A stretch of DNA of 64,000 nt from positions 62,001-126,000 of the forward strand of contig JALMLS010000510.1 of assembly GCA_038496445.1 (NCBI GenBank). Direction: 5' to 3'. The notes beneath the pieces are model-generated. The model was not told the origin of the DNA. It ran no database searches and was given only the letters and a program-made list of their open reading frames with translations. The position numbers and the translations under genes were made by a program. Shown in pieces: positions 22,361 to 35,467 of the stretch. The first letter of the stretch is position 1, and the number at the start of each line of letters is the position of its first letter. The DNA is from Trichosphaerium sp. ATCC 40318 (Eukaryota; Protista; Tubulinea).

Positions 22361-25300
22361 CTATTGTACATGTGATGCTAGGATAAGTTCACTAGCCTTT
22401 TCACCAATCATAAAACAAGTGGCCATAGGTGCACCATGAATAGGCCTATGTAAACAAAAAAATGAATATACAACAAAATATTTCAGAAAGGTGAAAACAA
22501 GCGTACTTTGGCAAAACGGAGCAGTCGGCAACACGGACGCCATTTACGCCACGTACTTTAAACTCATTATCTACTGCGCCACTTGCGCTAGTACCTAAAG
22601 GCACTGTACCAGTGAAATGTCTAAAATAAAGTAAGGATGAAGACTGCTTTAAAAAAAGGCTCAAAATTGTAACAAAAGAAATTTCAACTTTTTCTCGTCG
22701 TACTGGTCTGCTTGAACATTCGCCTTTATAAAATCTAATAAAGCAGTACCATTTACATTAGCACCTTAAATAAAAAATGTGAATAAATGGAGGAAACAGA
22801 GTAGACCACAAAACAAAATTCGAACAAAAGAAAAAAAATTGACATACCTGGGATAGTTTCAATTGCTCCATAATCAGTGAACGGCACTGCATTCACTATA
22901 GTTCTAACGTAATCAACAGCACTTTGAAATGCAGTAGCATCAGCATCATCCAAGGTATCAAATGAGACTGAAACAGTAGTTTCGTCATCTCCGAGTTTAG
23001 ACAAAACGAAATGACCCTTAAGAAAAAATTGCATCAGAATTGCGGTAAAAAGTTCTTTTAAAGTACCCTTGTCGCTGTGTGTTGCAGGTGAAGTATGAAA
23101 ACAGCTTTGGATCTACCATCTATTGCTGTTGGATACGCTTCAATCGTGAAATCAGGCGATAAAGGGGTATTGGCAGATGACCAGACGAAGATTGGTTTTG
23201 CTGTGAAAAAAAATTAGTGGAAAGTACACGATAAGTGCCTTAACGTACGTGATGCAAGGCTAGGTTGACCCATAACACCTTCTCTTGTACTCTTGTACAT
23301 GTCAAGCTGCTCTTGAAAATCAACAAAAAGCTCAGGGATCGGTGCGTTATCATTCAAATCAAACTCCATACGAATGTTGAACTGATCAATAACACTAGCT
23401 CCAACCACTTCATAACAAACAAAAATGTCAATCCAACGCAAAACATGAAGATCTAGAGTATCATTCTGACGTACATGGAGAATCCTGTATTACGTTTATA
23501 CCCAGGTTTGTCAAGGTCGTCAAATTACCAATACCAGAGTCCATAAGGATTTTAGGAGAGTTCAATGCGCCCGCTGATATGATAACCTCGTTTGCAACTT
23601 TTGCTGTGTATTCAACTCCGTTTTGTTCATAAACAACACCTAAATATATTTAGTAAGAAGGAGGTAAGGTAAGGCTATCGATGACAGTGAATAGCACATG
23701 CCTTCTACGTTGTTTGTTAAGTCAAACTCTACTTTAATAACTTTTGCTCCTGTCCTCAATCTCAGTTCTTCAGGCGCGTTGTTAAGGTATCCTAGGGCTG
23801 AAGACTTCCTGAAATATAGGTAAGAATAGTTAAGGTTTGAAATGTGGTAGAATATTTGAGTGGGAGCGATGAAAATACCTTATGCCGTTCTCAATATTGT
23901 ATTGTACTGAAGACAGTCCTTCTGTAAATGCTGGGTTGTTACTGTCGGGGAATACTGATATACCAAGTGTTTGAGCAGTGCTGATTAGCGTTTGCATAAA
24001 TTCGTTGATGCCATTGGCCAATGGAGGCTGGGAAACTGGAAAAAAATACAATTACAACTAACGAAATAGATACTCTTTTTTTTACCTGTTATTTTTCCGT
24101 CGTAGCCACGGTATAGTGTTGAATTAGGTAAACTTGGTACATCCACCTTCTCTATTTTTCTATAGTAAGGTAGTAATTCGCCCCAGGACCACCCTAAAAA
24201 AGGTCAGTACTTTAAAACGAAGTTCCAACTGAACTTGAAAACAAACCGAAATAAAAAAACCAAGTTTACATTTATCGTCTTGATTTCGGCGCAGGGTACT
24301 ATACTGCTTGTCTTACCTTCAGGAATATCTTCACCAGTAAAGTCGTTTGGTCTTGGACGGACAAACTTCATACCATTTGTATCTGTATAGGTGTCATTAA
24401 ACAACAACAAGTTCATTTGAGTTTTTTGTAAAAAAACTAGCGCTTAAAACATCAAACATTGTAGTATTCGTACCTGCTGTTCCACCAACAATCTTAGCTG
24501 CGCTGTTACTATGATAAAAAATCAGAAGAATCCTCTTTAAAACAAAAATAAAAATGTCACGTGACAAATTTTTTTGTTCAAAAACTAGCTGTTCACACAG
24601 CTCATCTTCGTCATAAAAAGATCATTGTAGGACATTGACGTACATGTATTCTGTACCAAAAAGGTTTACTGTATAATTCCAAAAAAACTGTGGTTTGGTA
24701 GCAATAGATTGCCAATAAAATGGCACGTCAAAAATACTGAAAGGTACAATCTCCTCTTCACAGTCTACTAAACCTAATATAAAATTAATAAACCTCACGT
24801 GATTTAAATGTCGAAGAGAAAATGTCAAGGTAATAGTTGAGAAAAAACACGTGATTTCAAAATATGCCAAAGTAAGTGGAGTTTTCGCCTTTTGATTTCA
24901 CTTACAAGGTCCAAACAGCACCTGTTCTTCGCTACCGCCTAATAACGCTATTTCAACTTTAGTATAATGCCTAAAAAAGTAACTACGCACTCTGTGCTTG
25001 TTCTCCAGCTTCTAACAGAAGAACACTATGTTTTTCCGCCAATCGAGCTGCAATGATACTACCAGAAGCCCCAGCACCAACTAGAACGCGTCAGAATCGA
25101 AAAAAGAAATTCCACGCAGTCAATCAGTTTGGGCTTTAAAAATCGCCTCAAACTTCATTTTGTAAAGTCAATGTAGTCGCAATGTACCCACTACGTAATC
25201 AAAGTCATCCTTGAATGGTTGTTTCTCGTTTGAGCTCGGCTGGGCATTAAAAATGACAATAACGAGGATCAGCCCTAGTAATATCACAGCTACAACCCCA

Positions 25301-25443
25301 AATAGCGCTATACGCCAATACTTAGCACAAAACCCATCGGGCGTATCACTTTCTTCGCTGAGCTCTGAAATATTGTCATCATCCATAGAAATCAGCTCAT
25401 CGTCTTCTGTATACAATGGCTGTATGCTTGCCGTTTTGCTCAT
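22361..25443 (-). CDS. GMC (glucose-methanol-choline) oxidoreductase with N-terminal membrane anchor
   Basis: DFDYVVVGAGASGSIIAARLAE...LLLEAG, KIVGGT, GWSWGELLPYYRKIE, EVIISAGALNSPKILMDSGIG, HFTGTVPLG, GVNGVRVADCSVLP, MIGEKASELI. Confidence 0.9.
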
Positions 25444-25786
25444 CGAAAAAAAATTACGCGTAGGTGGGTTTTACGCACTGATCAAAGCAATTTAAGTTTT
25501 CTTTAATTTAACTTTTCGCATTGTAAGAATTTTCCAAGTGAACTGCTACGCTGATTGGTTTATCCGTCTACAAAATGACACGTAAACGTCACAATTTGAC
25601 AAATCTCAAAAAAAATAGTACACAACGACTGTAATGGGTAGGTTGTGCGTATGTAGTCGTTTGGGAGCAAGTTAGGGCGCTTTTCGCTTAAAAAAGTCGT
25701 CTTATTTTTACTTTCGATTCTAATGCGTTTTTTTTTACTTACAAACAACGCTTGTCGTAGTGACAAGGTGTAGACGTCATTTTAAT

Positions 25787-27139
25787 TTAATACATTTCTA
25801 TCAAGTCACGGAGAATTGCTATCTTGGATTTACACCTACAAAACAGTTATTAAAACCACGTCACGTTTAACAAATAACAAATTTGACACGTCAGTAAAAG
25901 AAATGTGACACTTTGAACGTACACTTCCAAATCATCAAGGACAGGTGGCATAGACTCTCCAAAATCGTGTGGGATAACCTAGATAGTAATGAGAACAAAG
26001 AAGGTTGATTGAAAAAATGAAGCGAAAAGTCGCCACACAGAACTTAAAATAAAGTCTTTCTATCCTTTCTACGTACCGTGTAGTACTCGTTTGTTAGGTC
26101 TTTAATCTTCAAATCATCTGTCTTGTCTTTAGCCAATTCAGCTTTAATCTTGATGAGCACATCTAGGCCTTTACGGAGCTGGGACTTCTTCAACTTGCCT
26201 AAATAGAAAGTTGAGAACACAACACCAAAAATTATTTTGAAAAACTTGGTGGGTTTTTTTTCGTTCAATAAAGATTAGACGTACTGACTGTTTGTTGTGG
26301 ATACTGTACAATATGCGAGTCAAAGGCTTCGTCAAGCATATCTTGACTTTGTTGATTCATATGTAGAGGTACATCAACTACAGCAAACTCTTCTTGTGAT
26401 GACAAACTTTGAGACTCATGAATAGTAGAAATGGATTGCTGACGCTCAAAATCTAAAGAAAATGCAGGTCAGACACAAACGATCATCACGTGATAATTTA
26501 AATGCTACAAAAATGATGACCAAATACACGAGCACCGATGAGGTAAACAACATGGCACAAAAGAAACGAAGACAGCATTTGGCAGATTGAAATTTTTTGT
26601 CAAAAAATATCAGTCACGCGACGTACTGTGCGCTCTCCAATCGCCACGTTTATAATTTTCAACAAACCAATCAGCATAGAGCTTCCTCCCTCTAAACACT
26701 GTACCGTTTGTGCTATTGCTTGTTAGTGAAAAATTTTTCAAACGAAAAAACGATAAAATGCAGCCAATAACGATAATAAAGGCTCCACCCACAATTTTTT
26801 GCGTTTTCAAGCGTTTTCTTACCCTTGTATAGCGCTCTTGGCGTCAAGTGTGCTAAAAAATTCTACAATGCCAAAACCTTTTGGTTTATCTGTTTGGTAA
26901 TACGTTGGTACAGTTAACGACTTTATACGTCCAAATCGTGTTAGTGCTTCACCAAGGTTATAAGCGTCTAGCGCATTACCAAGGTTTTTAACCACGATTT
27001 TGCGGTTAGAAGCATCTTTCTACGAAGAATTTCGGTTAGAACGTTTGGTTAACGGACAAAGAACGCTTACAGAAGGGGATTTGCCATGAGGGCTTGAGGA
27101 TGTGCTTGTCTTCGCTGCTTTGCGTACTGGGGTGCTCAT
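25787..27139 (-). CDS. RRM + PARP regulatory (helical) domain protein lacking a PARP catalytic domain
   Basis: RNP2/RNP1 (KIVVKNL; KPKGFGIVEF); then GKLKKSQLRKGLDVL...KDLTNEYYTVIPHDFGESMPPVLDDLEVCKSKIAILRDLIEMY*. Confidence 0.75.
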
Positions 27140-27223
27140 TGTGTCTCAGTCAACAAATTCTCGAGCAACCTGACTTGTATTGACTCTTATCCAAGTACCA
27201 CTTCCTGTTAAAGCTCTAGCACT

Positions 27224-28473
27224 ATGGCAGCTCCTGCACCTGTAAAGAATACAATAGAGTGGGACGATAGTTGGACAGCAATTCTTGAAAAATCGTTTGA
27301 AGATCTTTCAAGTACTACTTAGCGCTTTACCAATTGTTTATTAACATATAAAAGATCTTGCCGCTTCTGATGGCTGGAATTTGGTAAAAGAGCAGTACAA
27401 CATCACTATCTCAAGTAAGATAGTAGAGGGCTCTCCTTTGAACGTAATGAGAGGTAATTAAAACGAAAATTATCCAAAATGTAAAGCATTTCCTGTTTAT
27501 TCGTTTAAAAACGTTTAACTTTGCTTCGATAGGCGAACTTGAGTTTGATTTCAGCGTTGAAGAAGTTGGTTTGGCAATATCTGACATCCCGGGAAGAAAA
27601 GAGTGGGACAGGCTTCTCGTTGAAGTGCCAAAGGTAGCCGCATCAAAAACAACAAAAAAACCGTTTTGGAAACCAACATTTTTTGAACTCTAAACTACAG
27701 TTTTTATATCATAGTGACGCCTATTTCCTGACGCTGTGAGTACTTGTAGGTTCTTTCTCAATGGGAAGATAAAAAGGTTATGATTGGCTACATGAAATTC
27801 ATTGGTCAATGGCCTATTGCCCAACGTGACATGTGTGTATTGAGTACGTTCGCTTTAGAACCGAATATTATAGCGTCAACCGTATTTTTGCTGAACGCGT
27901 AGACGCACAACCTGTATTACTCTTTTCGCCAAAGCATTCCTGTAGCGTTGAGCCACTATACCAAGCCATTAGTTTCCTCTTTCTCGAATTACTGATTTCC
28001 TAACTCTTTATGATTAGTGTCCTTTAAGCGTACTGATGGCGAGAACAGCAAAGCGCTATGTATTGGCACGTCTATTGTTAATCCTGGTTGCCCAGAAGTC
28101 AAGTAAGTCAACGATGGAGTAATATCTCACAAACATATTCTTTTTTCGAAACCTAATTTTTTGGTGTGTTTAGCGGTATTGTCAGAGCTAATATATTAGC
28201 TTCTGGATTTGTTTTAGAACCACTAGGTCCTAATAAAACGAAAGTAACATACTTGATTCAATTAGAGCTTGGAGTACGTCAGCAATTCACAAATTTCTGT
28301 CACGTGAAAAATAAAAATTCATTAATATTTTCTTGTAGGGTTGGATACCTGCTTGGGTTACCAACTTTGTTGGTACAGAGGCACCATTGGCATTGGGAAG
28401 ATTACTTCGTGTCATGCGTCAAAAACGAGATGCTCAGAAAAAGACTGCGGAACAAGGCGAGACCAAAGAATAA
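27224..28473 (+). CDS. START domain lipid-transfer protein
   Basis: GWNLVKE, RKEWD, WPIAQRDMCV, GIVRANILASGFVLEPLGPNKTKVTYLIQLELGGWIPAWVTN; multi-exon. Confidence 0.9.
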
Positions 28474-29087
28474 GCAGACTGTACTTTGCTTGGAAGCCAA
28501 AAGAAACCATTAAAAAAAGGTTTCAATTAAATGACAATAAATTGTTTTTAACTCTATCAGCTGTCATGGTCATCCACTATGCGTATGTGTACTAGTTGTG
28601 TTGTTTTGAATAAGGGAGATGTGTCAATTGTGTAAGACGGATCCTGTTTTCTTTTGCTGCCATACAATTAGGCGCAGTTGCACTGCATAGCAGGCTACAA
28701 TGTTCTGTTGATCGACACTATTTTGAAACAAAAGCAAATGGTCATCACTTTCAAACACATCAAGGATATCCAGTGTATCATCAACAGCACGTTCAAGAAG
28801 CCCTATGATTATCATCAGAATTTAATAGTATAACATATCTTCAGCCTTCTTGGTAGGCACGTGATACTGAGATGCATACTAGGTAATAAGGAGTAGTTGG
28901 CTCTTGTTGCCTCGTTAGAACGCTTAGTCTGAGAGACACTGTCGGAAACGTGTACTTCCAGAAAAAAGTTGTTGCTCGTCGACTTTTGTGATTGTTTTAA
29001 GTACTTCCAAACCAGATTAAGTTAGAACTTACTCACTACGACTTCTCCGCGTGTTTAGTACTGCTTTATATCTTTCTAAACTACTTA

Positions 29088-30438
29088 TGACGTCTAACGA
29101 AACAACAGAACAAGAAAAAGAACCAGGTAATGTTGTAAGTACGTAATTATCCTAATTGTACAGTTTGTCAGGATTCTACGTTACCTACTGAAGTATGGAG
29201 TATAATAATCGCTAAAATACATCAAATACCTGATGTAGTGTCTGTTGCATGGACTTGTTCATTATTTACAACCCTGTGTTCGAACAAACTGTCTGAAGAA
29301 TCAAAGTCAACTGGTAGTGCAAAAATAGTCCTCAACACAATTTTTTTTTGACTGCTGTTACAGGTGTGTATGACTACAGCCATGTAAAGAAAGATAAGTT
29401 CCAAAGAGCTTCAGCTCACGTGTTGTTGTTGGGTATGTCATCAAATTATAAAAAATCACGTGCGTTTTTGCTAATGTTTATAAATGAAGAAGAACTCAAG
29501 AAGCCAAAAGAAAATAATACTCAAGAGCATCCTTCCAAAAAAGTTTCTTTCTTCAGAGCACTTCTTGGAAAAAAATCTCAAAAGCATGAGCCTCAGGAAC
29601 CTTTGAGATACTTTGACAAGGTCCCTGTATCTTCGGGCTCTTCAATAGACATTGGTTTGATGGGCGACGCACGAGCTGGTGAGCGTTTGCAGTCATTGAA
29701 AGGTTAACAAAAAAAAAGGTTGCACGCAGTTGGTAAAGAGGTTCACCGAAAATACGTTTAGTGAAGTCAGCCAATCAAGGAATGGCGATTCTAGCACAGT
29801 AAAATAGTTTTTGTTTGCCCAACATAACCCAGTTTTAGGAGGATACAACTATTCGGTTTGGCAATGCTAGCTTGACTTGTACTCTGGTGAGTTTTGTGTT
29901 TTGTTTTAGTTTGTTGACATGCCTTCAGCGACACCCGCGCTTGTATACTTTCAAGTCTGTCCAGGGATACTTGGGGAAAGAGAATAGATGTTTTTTGGTT
30001 TGTTGTGACACTACCAGCGAATTCAGTACGTCCAGTACATTCAGATTACTTCAAAAGTTTTTTGTGTTTTACAATTCAGCTTAAACTTTATTTAAGGCTG
30101 GGACAGAGTCACAGATAGATGGCTTCCTGATATTTTGGCTATTTGTACTGGCAAACCAATCATTGTTATTGGACTTCTAAAAACTGATTTGAAGGAAGAA
30201 TGTAAAGTATCAATTGAGAAAGTGAAGGTACCTCTTCGCACAAATCGATTTTATGAAAAAAAAACCCCAAAAAAAACCAAAGGTTGATTCATGTTTATTT
30301 TAGGCGTATTGCAAATTACACAATATGTGTGCAATAGAAACTAGTGCTAAGACAGGAAGAAATGTTAAATATGTATTTGAATACATTGCCGAAGCATATC
30401 TAAGATCAATTGTCAACAAAGTTGAAGAAGAACAATAA
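29088..30438 (+). CDS. F-box + degenerate Rho/Rab-like small GTPase (pseudo-GTPase)
   Basis: F-box LPTEVWSIIIAKIHQIPDVVSVAWTCSLF; C-terminal CFLVCCD...WLPDILAICTGKPIIVIGLLKTDL...IETSAKTGRNVKYVFEYIA. No intact GxxxxGKS or DTAG recovered; middle exons uncertain. Confidence 0.7.
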
Positions 30439-30516
30439 ACCAGTTTGAACAAAAAAAACTTACTAGTAGATTTTGACAGAGGCAAAAAAAATATAAGTTA
30501 GCAAATAAATATGCAT

Positions 30517-32376
30517 TCTTACTTTACGGTTACAAACCGGTTAACTGTTTAGGTTTGAAAGCCGGTTAACTTCGACTTCTTAGCGACTAATATTGTGCTT
30601 GACAGCGTTGGATAAGGGCAAACTGTAGCAAAAATCGAGTCAATAACAATATTTTGTCACTGTCACTCAACTTGTTGATGGTGTTTCAGCGTATGAGAGT
30701 CTGGATGTAAAAAAACGTGTCTAGTGGCTTTTGATGAAGCTAACAACTTTTCCTTTTCACCATAACCATACCCGAACCGATTACTAATTGCCGTAACCTT
30801 AAAGTCGAAAAACGGTTTTCTTAGAGCTCCAGTGCAAATCTACCGTAGTTTCGGCAACAATACGGGAAAGCTTACCGAAACCGTACAGTAGAAGCCGGTA
30901 TAAGTGTATTTTACAATGCTAAATTTAGAAACCAGGTGTTACAAAACGGTATCTTTACATAGTACCATTTAACTTTTTTAATAGGAATAACACATAAATA
31001 TTAAGAGCACGAATATTTGACGGCGACACAGTCACAAGCGTGTGGTATTAAACTGACAATTGGTAAAAAACCAGTTTCCCAAAAATAGGATAAAAATCAG
31101 AGTTTTTTGAAGGCTCTGTAATAAAAGTGGAAGCCGCAAAAGTGAAATTACGAAAATGTTCAAGTACAAAGGTTATTGCATAGTTGGTATAAGGACATAT
31201 ACAACACAGAATTATTTCTCCGCAACAGTTTTTTTTTTAATTGAAATTTATTTTGGTTACTATTTTTGTCAATTTGATGATCATTTTTTTAACTATTGTT
31301 ATCATTTTCTCACGATGATTAAAGCACTTCTATGTTTATGTACTCTGTTCACATTGACGCTTTCTCTAAGTACGTACATTGTTTAAAGAAGCTGTATAGC
31401 GCAACAACAACCAAAGAGCGCTGCACTGTTTTTAGTAACATTTCATTAACCTATCCACATAGGCGAAGGCGATTCAGGCATATGTACATTGCGTGTTCCA
31501 GACACCGATGATTTTTTATCTTATTCTAATGAACCAAACAACCCTAACTTTATCGTTAATGATACGGCTATAGAGTACCGAGCAACTTTTGCAGGTTCAA
31601 TACAGCACACAATTGATATTAACTCAAATTCCATACGATATGACCTTGAAACCTTCGCGATTGGTACAACAAGAACTCTTATAATGGAGTGTGTGATGGA
31701 TCAACCAGTAATAGGAGGTACCTATCCAAAACATGCTATATTTAGAGCTTGTCTAACTAAGTATTCTAACATTTCTTTGAGGATTTACTATAGTATCACA
31801 TAATTTTACAAACCCTCCAAGTAATTTCACTTTCAATTCAACGTCATTCAGGTATGTTCAAGTAACACAATCTCTTTTAATTTATATTAACCCTTTCGTA
31901 TTGTAGTTTTGTAACTGCGGCACAGTCGAGCTTACCCCCACATAAATTTTCTGTAAGTTTTGAGATACCAACATTGATTCCAACAACATTATCTCCAACG
32001 CTCCCACCAACAACGCTCCCTCCAACAACATTACCACCTACAACACTACCTCCGACAACACAACCTCCAACACTGCCCCCAACAACGTCCCCTCCGACAA
32101 CACTAGCGCCAACAACTGCTGTTCCAACAGCTCCAATATCACTAACAACAGTACAACCAACAACCGCAATACCAACAACTGCACCAACAACGCAAACGCC
32201 AAGTGCACCTGTAGCTACACCCTCCTCATCAAATACGTTAAATTCTATTTGTTGTTTAGTGTTCAACTTTTTGGTATTCTTGTGTTGTCTTAACTTGTAA
32301 ATCAGTTAGTAAAAGACACTGTCGCGCTAATACAATAAAGATAATTTACTGCCCAAGAATTTTTCTTTAGTACTTG
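30517..32376 (+). repeat. Inverted segmental duplication, copy B; partner 12485-14700 (-)
   Basis: See copy A. Confidence 0.9.
31315..32300 (+). CDS. GPI-anchored mucin-like surface protein, copy B (shorter stalk)
   Basis: Introns at about 31370-31462, 31718-31780 and 31852-31906 give an open frame from the signal peptide to ...FLVFLCCLNL*. Confidence 0.8.
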
Positions 32377-32468
32377 AGTTTGCACTACTTTTCGACATTG
32401 ACTAGAGCCACGATTGACTAAAAAATGAACTGTTTTTTGGTACAACAATGAATTTTTTATTTTCGAGG

Positions 32469-33613
32469 CTATTTGAAAACCTTATCCCAGAACTTTTTCT
32501 TCTTCCTGGAATTAGGGTCCAGTATCTCATCTTCGCGCTCAACATTGACATATTTATATTTACGACGTACTCTCCCGTCATCATAAACTAACTTGTGCTC
32601 TCCTTCTAAGTTACCATCAACGTGACAACTGCTTTCATGTAGTCTACCGTTTTCAGACCATTTTTTGCATTCGCCTTTTTGAATACCATTGACGTAGTGA
32701 CAATGTTCCCTCAATTGACCTTTTAGATACCAACGCTTACTCTCCCCTTCAAGGACGCCATTGACATAATATTGAAGGTCACATAATTGACGGTTAATGT
32801 AGTACAACTTGTATTCTCCATTAAGCTTGTTGTTTGAGTAACAACATTTTATCTTTAATTGCCCACCTTCGTACCACTCTATGTGACCTCCTTCTCGTAT
32901 ACCATTTTTATAGTTATACTCTCTCTTTAACTGACCATTTTCATACCATTCTTTGTGCACTCCGTGTGGTACATCACGTCTGAAATGATACAACACACAT
33001 AATCTACCACATCTATAACGTTGATCTAAAAACTTTGCTTCTTCGCTATTCACTTTGTACCACGCCTTGTACTCTCCTTCTCTTTCCCCGCCAAGGTAAT
33101 AATATTGTTCCAACAGTGAACCGTCATCATGATAAATTGTATACTCACCTTCAAGTCTACCAGTCATATAAAAACAAAGTACTCCCAATTCACCAGACAA
33201 ATGCCAATGTCTGTACTTTCCTTCTCTTTTGCCGTTGATGTACTTACACATCTCCTTTAACTTGCCGTCAGTGTACCATCTCTTACAATCTCCGTGCAAT
33301 TGACCGTGTTTCCAACACTCTGTAGCGACAACTAGACGTGAATCTGTAGTGTGAAGTTTTTTCCATTTTCCATTTTTTTCCAAATCGTAATCGAACCTTG
33401 TTGACATTGCTGTTTGTTTTGACAAAAGAGGAACTTTGACATAAAAATCAAGGTCGTAATCGATTATATCCAGTAGTAGTTCAACTGGAAGGTTCGAGAA
33501 GTAACACTGACGTGAGTCTGCCTGAGCCTATCAGTACACATTAGAAACTAACCACGAAAAGACGCAAACAGTCCGTTAGTTTTATTTTTATTTACCTTTT
33601 GCTTTTCTGCCAT
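32469..33613 (-). CDS. F-box-like + MORN-variant repeat protein
   Basis: Short exon MAEKQK is spliced (intron ~33528-33595) to AQADSRQCYFSNLPVELLLDIIDY, which is in frame with the 318-aa ORF of GxxKxWYxNGQLxxxxxYxNGxxE repeats. Confidence 0.8.
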
Positions 33614-33967
33614 GTGATGTGGATATTGTACTTGATCAACCGTTTTCACTGTATTTTTAGTCTGAACACGTCCTGGGTTTATGTACACGCTTAATAGAAC
33701 GTTTGTCTACTGTTGCTAGCGAGCTAGCGGGTTCTGTCGTACTTAAAGTAGAAACGCCTTAACAAAACTGGATTTTTGTTGGTGACTGCAATCTACTGTT
33801 ACGAGAAAAGGTGCGGGGTACGAGTTGTAGTTAACTGTGTTTTATTATCTAAGTACATTACGATTATCGTGACGTCTACCTGCTGTTTATGATGTTGTAA
33901 GGTGGGAATCAATCAGTTAGCGTAGTCTTCTTCAACTAGAATCACTTGACTACCTTACCTTCTTACA

Positions 33968-35282
33968 ATGTCGGAATCCAAAAACGTCAAGAAGGAAGCT
34001 CCTTGCTATCTCCTCCATTGTTTTTTGGTAGTACGTAGTACCGTTTACTGTAAGTTGTTCATTCAATAAAACCTACTAGATGGAGATACGTTGCTTCATT
34101 GGGCTGCTTCGAGAGGTGATTTTAAATTGCTTACAGAATATATTGATAGAATAGATGTTAACTGCGCTAATTATAACGGTGAGACTCCACTACATGTAGC
34201 CGCGGCAAATGGAAACATATCAGTAGCTAGTTTCCTTGTGGAAAAAGGCACGTGATAATTTTTTTTTTTTCTTTGTTCACTTGAAGCGATCTTAAAGTAG
34301 TTTAGGCTCCAAGTCTAGTAAAACAAATAACGGCAAGACACCTGAAATTCTTGCGAAACTTTTGCATAGCAACAACCCACACAAATTAAAGCAACTTCTA
34401 CAAGTGTTATGTCCTCGTCCAGTGTGTAGAGAAACGGAAATACAAGAACAACATCAAACGAATCACCTCACCACGGCAATGGCGACAAGGGACAATCCTG
34501 TGGAATCCACAATAAACCGTAAGTTCACTGAAATACAAGAAAAACTGAGGTGTGTTTACCAATTATTAGCTCCACCACATGAAACTCACCTTGAAGAATG
34601 CAAGTACATGTATGTAAAAATGGTAACGCAAATGAGGTATGAAGGACCTCTTAAGAACAAAGCACACATATAGTTGTTGTAAACTAATTGTATATTTAGT
34701 CAAGAATGGAATGGTATAAATGGGCTGTAGACAAAGATAACGGTAAAAGAGAAGAAATCACTTTTTCTTTGTGTGCGGGCGTAAATTACAAATGTGAGGT
34801 TTCCGGCAATCCCAAAAGCAACCACAATAAATTTCCTAGTTGCTCTTTTATTGTACCTCTGGGGGTATTAATGATGAGTTTGCTGGCAGCGGTCTTATGA
34901 TAAATAAGTGGTTCAATAGTGGTGAAGATGATGATAGTATTGAGTATAATATTTTGCTTGCTTTTGCTTTTCCTGGAGAGTACTATGCTACATTCCGAAA
35001 CAAGGACACTAATGAAATAGTATGCTTGATTAAGATATACGTTACAAGTTGTCGACCTGCCAGAGGTTGTACAGTGGATACAGGTGATCATATTGTGATA
35101 TGTACCTCTGAAGCAGATATGAAAAAGCATGAAGAAAGACTAAAGGGGCGAAAGAAGAAGCTAAAAAGACGACCACAAAACGAGTAAGTTGTTTCTCTTT
35201 TTACTTACTTTTGGTCTTATTCCAAAATAGTCTTAAAAATGTGGCAAAGAAACAAAGAAAGTCTCCTTTAAAAAACCAATAA
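33968..35282 (+). CDS. Ankyrin repeat protein with uncharacterised C-terminal domain and basic tail
   Basis: GDTLLHWAASRG, DVNCANYNGETPLHVAAANGNISVASFLVEKG, NNGKTP; KGRKKKLKRR may be an NLS. Confidence 0.8.
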
Positions 35283-35467
35283 TTTTAATCTTTCTTAACT
35301 AATCGTCAAGTACATTAGTGGGCTTTGTAGGAAGTAGTTACAGGAATTTTGTTTCACAAATTTGGTTTGTTTTACTAACATGCTGACTCCAAGTAGTATT
35401 TAACAAACCAACACTCCCATTCCTCATCACCGTCTCCTTTAAGTAGCTTTAGAATATCCATCGTCTA

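Noticed and set aside
28580-29035. Possible small spliced minus-strand gene
   Set aside because: Splice-like signals exist, but I found no convincing start codon or recognisable product.
30517-32376. Helitron as the vehicle of the inverted duplication
   Set aside because: Both copies begin near TC, but I found no shared 3' hairpin/CTRR end, no A-T insertion site and no Rep/helicase.
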